Shown here: piece after piece, positions 36,904 to 40,099 of the stretch | How the letters are laid out: every line of letters starts with the position of its first letter | Position numbering within the stretch: position 1 is the first letter of the stretch | From: an uncultured bacterium | GTDB taxonomy: Bacteria; Zixibacteria; MSB-5A5; JAABVY01; JAHJOQ01 | Direction: 5' to 3' | Assembly: GCA_965369655.1 (NCBI GenBank) | Contig: CBDUQR010000027.1 | Coordinates: 1-40,099, forward strand | Length of the DNA: 40,099 nucleotides | Translations under genes and position numbers: made by a program | Notes under the pieces: model-generated | The model's input: the letters and a program-made list of their open reading frames with translations, nothing else | What the model was told of the DNA's origin: nothing | Databases searched by the model: none

Positions 36904-37812
36904 ATGGGCGTTGGAAGAGTATTCATTAAAACAATAACAACACTGGTAATCTTGTCGGCGGCTGGTCTGTCGGCCCAGACATTTCAGGATTCCGACATCA
37001 GTGGCGTCGCGGGGTTGAAGATCGCGCCGGGTGCGGCTCATGCCGGATCGGCTGAGGCGTTCGGTTCGGTAGCGACCGATCTGTTCTCACTCTACTATAA
37101 TCCGGCGGGCGCCGTGTTTGCGGGAAAATACTCTGCCGGATTCATGCATCACGAATGGATTGAGGGAGTGCGGTCGGAATTCGTGGGATTCATCTGGCGT
37201 CCGGACAAAGTCGCAGTCGGGGCATCGTTGCTGTATAACTCGGCTGGAGAGCTGGAGCGTCGAGAGATTGCCACATCCGAGCCGTTGTCGTTGTTCGATG
37301 CGCAGGATTTCGCCGCAGCACTCACCGCGAGCTTCACTGTTTCACCGGAACTGGCGTTCGGAGCTACTGCGAAGGTCATATATGAGAGGATCGATATATC
37401 TTCCGGGACCGCGTTTGCAGTCGATCTCGGCGGTTACTACGAGTTCATGCCGAATATCCATATCGGGATGTCCGTGTCGAATCTCGGCTCTAAGATGAAG
37501 CTTGAGGATCAGGAGGATGATCTGCCGACGACTGTTCGCGCGGGCGGGTCATACACATACCGCACGTTTCGTGTCGGCCTGAACATGGTAACACCGACTG
37601 ATGATAACGTCCATGTCCACTTCGGTGCGGAGAGCACGGTCTCAGAAATACTGACTCTGCGCGCAGGATACGCATCCGGGTATGACATCAGGGACATAGC
37701 GTTTGGTCTTGGAGTGAAGCACAGATTTGCATCATTTGATTACGCATACACACCGATCAAGTCGGACTTAAGCGACTCACATAGATTCTCACTGACAATA
37801 AGCTGGAGGTAG
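36904..37812 (+). CDS. PorV/PorQ family outer-membrane beta-barrel (second paralogue)
   Basis: Signal peptide; 'LKIAPGAAHAGSAEAFGSVATDLFSLYYNPAG', 'AVDLG', 'NLG', 'DYAY', 'HRFSL'; start 36874 or 36904. Confidence 0.8.
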   Translation: MGVGRVFIKTITTLVILSAAGLSAQTFQDSDISGVAGLKIAPGAAHAGSAEAFGSVATDLFSLYYNPAGAVFAGKYSAGFMHHEWIEGVRSEFVGFIWRPDKVAVGASLLYNSAGELERREIATSEPLSLFDAQDFAAALTASFTVSPELAFGATAKVIYERIDISSGTAFAVDLGGYYEFMPNIHIGMSVSNLGSKMKLEDQEDDLPTTVRAGGSYTYRTFRVGLNMVTPTDDNVHVHFGAESTVSEILTLRAGYASGYDIRDIAFGLGVKHRFASFDYAYTPIKSDLSDSHRFSLTISWR

Positions 37813-37819
37813 GACTCAG

Positions 37820-38938
37820 ATGGCGAAGTACAGGATAGCCTGGCTGCCGGGTGACGGCGTCGGCGTAGATGTAATGGAAGCTGCGAAGATCGTGCTGGAC
37901 AAGCTCAAGCTCGATGCGGAATATCCGCATGGTGACATCGGCTGGGAATTCTGGTGTACCGAGGGGAACCCGCTCCCGCAAAGGACAATCGATCTCCTGA
38001 AACAGACCGACTGCGCGCTCTTTGGCGCGATCACATCAAAGCCGAAGGAAGAGGCCGAGAAGGAACTTGCCCCTGAACTGCAGGGCAAAGGGCTGGTCTA
38101 TTCATCGCCAATCGTCGGGCTGCGACAGCAGTTTGACCTCGGAACGAATCTGAGGCCGTGCAAGGCCTACGAGGGCAACCCGCTCAACTACAAAGACGGT
38201 ATCGATCTCTGCGTGTTCCGAGAGAATACCGAGGATTTGTACAGCGGGGTCGAGTTTTTCCCGTTTCCCAGAGAAGTCTTTGATGCGATAAAGTCTGCGA
38301 ACAAGAGGATCGAACGATTCGAGAAATACGGCCTCGATAATATCGCCGTATCGTTGAGGATTATTTCAGAGCAGGCATCCAGAAGGGTAATCACTGATGC
38401 GTTTGAGTATGCGAAGAAACATGGCTACAAGACCGTGACAGTCGTCGAGAAGCCGAATGTTATCCGTGAAACATCGGGACTGTTCATCCGCACCGCGCGA
38501 AAAGTCGCGCAGAACTACGCCGGTATCGAACTCTGGGAGACCAATATCGACGCCATGTGCATGTGGCTGATCAAGAATCCGCTCGACTACGGCGTGATCG
38601 TGACGTCGAATATGTTCGGTGATATTATCTCTGATCTCTGCGCGCAGCTTGTAGGCGGACTGGGATTCGCGTGCTCAGGGAATATCGGAGAGAAGTACGC
38701 GGTCTTTGAGCCGACGCACGGCTCTGCACCCAAATACGCAGGGCAGTACAAAGTCAATCCGATGGCGATGCTGCTGACGACGAAGATGATGCTCGACTGG
38801 CTCGGTGAGACCGACAAGGCGGAGGCGCTCGAAAGTGCAATCGCCAAAGTTATCAGCGAAGGGAAGACCCGCACGTATGATATGGGCGGCTCTAACACCA
38901 CGCTCGAAATCGGTCAGGCGGTTGCGGATAAACTGTAG
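37820..38938 (+). CDS. Isocitrate/isopropylmalate dehydrogenase family enzyme (homoisocitrate dehydrogenase-like)
   Basis: 'LPGDGVG', 'YSSPIVGLR', 'NLRP', 'RENTEDLY', 'NMFGDIISD', 'FEPTHGSAP', 'TYDMGG'. Confidence 0.85.
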   Translation: MAKYRIAWLPGDGVGVDVMEAAKIVLDKLKLDAEYPHGDIGWEFWCTEGNPLPQRTIDLLKQTDCALFGAITSKPKEEAEKELAPELQGKGLVYSSPIVGLRQQFDLGTNLRPCKAYEGNPLNYKDGIDLCVFRENTEDLYSGVEFFPFPREVFDAIKSANKRIERFEKYGLDNIAVSLRIISEQASRRVITDAFEYAKKHGYKTVTVVEKPNVIRETSGLFIRTARKVAQNYAGIELWETNIDAMCMWLIKNPLDYGVIVTSNMFGDIISDLCAQLVGGLGFACSGNIGEKYAVFEPTHGSAPKYAGQYKVNPMAMLLTTKMMLDWLGETDKAEALESAIAKVISEGKTRTYDMGGSNTTLEIGQAVADKL

Positions 38939-38966
38939 GTTCACGATTTGCTCAATGTGATTTGTG

Positions 38967-38992
38967 AAAAGGCGGGGAGACCCGCCTTTTTT
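38967..38992 (+). terminator. Rho-independent terminator (probably bidirectional)
   Basis: AAAAGGCGGG-GAGA-CCCGCCTTTTTT between convergent genes. Confidence 0.85.
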
Positions 38993-39067
38993 GTTTTCGT
39001 GGGTTCCGTTCTGATTGAGCGAACAAGGGCTGCCACCTGCGATCGTTATCCTGAGCCTTGGTGTGAA

Positions 39068-39877
39068 TTAGTTGTCTGGCCTTCCGATTCTTGGATAGAT
39101 GCTATGAGGGCTGTGGCGGACAATATCTCCAAAGACGTGCTCATATACTACGAAATGATCTCGCTCAATGTTGATGGACAGCTCTGGACCGTTCATTATG
39201 TAATTAACAATTCTATTCGCGATGTTCACTCCTCCGATTTCCTCACGAACGTCTGTATACGACTCTCTTGCATGATAGACAAGGAATATTGAATCGGCAA
39301 ACAACGAGTAATCGCTTTTTCTCCTATACGAGCATTCAAGAAATGTCACTAACAACCCGTCAAGCTGATTGGTGATCTCGATTGGCGCATATAGGACTTG
39401 TTCTGACCAGTTCGAATCATCGAAACAGCAATGAAATGGACTCAATAGCAGGTCAGACAGTCTTCTCGTGAAATCGATTTTCTCGTTAGGTCCCAGCGAG
39501 AGACGTGGCCAAATGATGCCTCTCGGTGTCCTTGACGTGTCGACGAAGCAGCTTTTTCCAAAACCGCTCTGTCCATACGAGTACACTGTTTCATGCGTTA
39601 CGAGGAACATCCTACCTTTCACGTGAACAGTCTCAGCGGCCTCGTTTCCTATGTTGCCAATGAGTAGAACAGTCTTGAAGGTCGATGTTGGGTTAGGCTG
39701 GAGATGAAACAAGATTGCTGGCTTTCGAGTGTATGAGATTTGCTCTCGTAAGTAGTCCAGTTGCTCGTTCGTTTGACATACAGCGATGATCGCGAACATG
39801 GAGGGGAGCAGCCCCGTGAGCATCCCGTGCAGAAACTTGGACTTGAATACCGTTATCAGTCTATTTCTCACATGCAT
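39068..39877 (-). CDS. Hypothetical protein with a probable N-terminal membrane anchor
   Basis: 269 aa ORF in an AT-richer segment; hydrophobic segment then 'QLDYLREQISYTRKP'; family not recognised. Confidence 0.55.
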   Translation of the reverse strand: MHVRNRLITVFKSKFLHGMLTGLLPSMFAIIAVCQTNEQLDYLREQISYTRKPAILFHLQPNPTSTFKTVLLIGNIGNEAAETVHVKGRMFLVTHETVYSYGQSGFGKSCFVDTSRTPRGIIWPRLSLGPNEKIDFTRRLSDLLLSPFHCCFDDSNWSEQVLYAPIEITNQLDGLLVTFLECSYRRKSDYSLFADSIFLVYHARESYTDVREEIGGVNIANRIVNYIMNGPELSINIERDHFVVYEHVFGDIVRHSPHSIYPRIGRPDN

Positions 39878-40007
39878 TTTGTCGCGCCTAGGTTTGATCC
39901 TGTTGATTGCAACGAATTGGCGATTCCTCGAATCACACTACTATGTCGATTGCTTGAATTACGGAACAAGAACTTAACTTGATTGTCAAGTAGCTTTCTT
40001 GTGTATG

Positions 40008-40030
40008 TCGCAGAGGCATAGCCTCTGCGA
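40008..40030. repeat. Perfect 10-bp hairpin, REP-like
   Basis: TCGCAGAGGC-ATA-GCCTCTGCGA, no U-tract on either side. Confidence 0.6.
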
Positions 40031-40099
40031 GCACAGGTATTGGAGCTAACCCGGATATTTCATGAATAGATATGGCGAAGTCTTTTAATTCTTTATCAT

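Noticed and set aside
38995..40060. Integron cassette (attC) around the orphan ORF
   Set aside because: No matching RYYYAAC...GTTRRRY pair with internal symmetry found; no integrase in the window

Overview
A gene-dense, mostly chromosomal bacterial window with about 35 credible CDSs and no rRNA, tRNA, CRISPR array or transposase that I can see. Gene content (FlgD-Ig/T9SS-type C-terminal domains, PorV-family barrels, psd-pssA-purS-purQ-DUF4321-tatA order) suggests an FCB-related diderm such as candidate Zixibacteria; this is inference only. In order: a GT-C/TPR membrane protein divergent from two large secreted proteases (S8, M6) and a TPR lipoprotein; a 427-bp TIR-bounded, REP-filled element; a Fur-boxed fur-feoA-feoB-small Cys protein operon; a housekeeping run (ecfT, truA, tal, purB, psd, pssA, purS, purQ, DUF4321-like, tatA, hypothetical); a minus-strand FHA / metallophosphoesterase / CHASE2-Ser/Thr kinase module; dusB-larB-larC-etfA; an NDT/TIR-like gene that looks inserted; SPFH-zinc ribbon, duplicated zinc-ribbon and Ppx genes; a PorZ-like beta-propeller plus two PorV-like barrels; a beta-decarboxylating dehydrogenase; and an orphan ORF. 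The most notable signals are (i) a T9SS-like shuttle/attachment locus with CTD-tagged cargo in the same window, (ii) a compact reader-eraser-writer phospho-signalling operon, (iii) a 23-24 nt micro-insert nested at the same position in REP palindromes at two separate loci, and (iv) a complete sigma54 promoter layout (enhancer pair, IHF-like site, -24/-12) upstream of the S8 protease. All family calls are from motif recognition by eye, not database searches.
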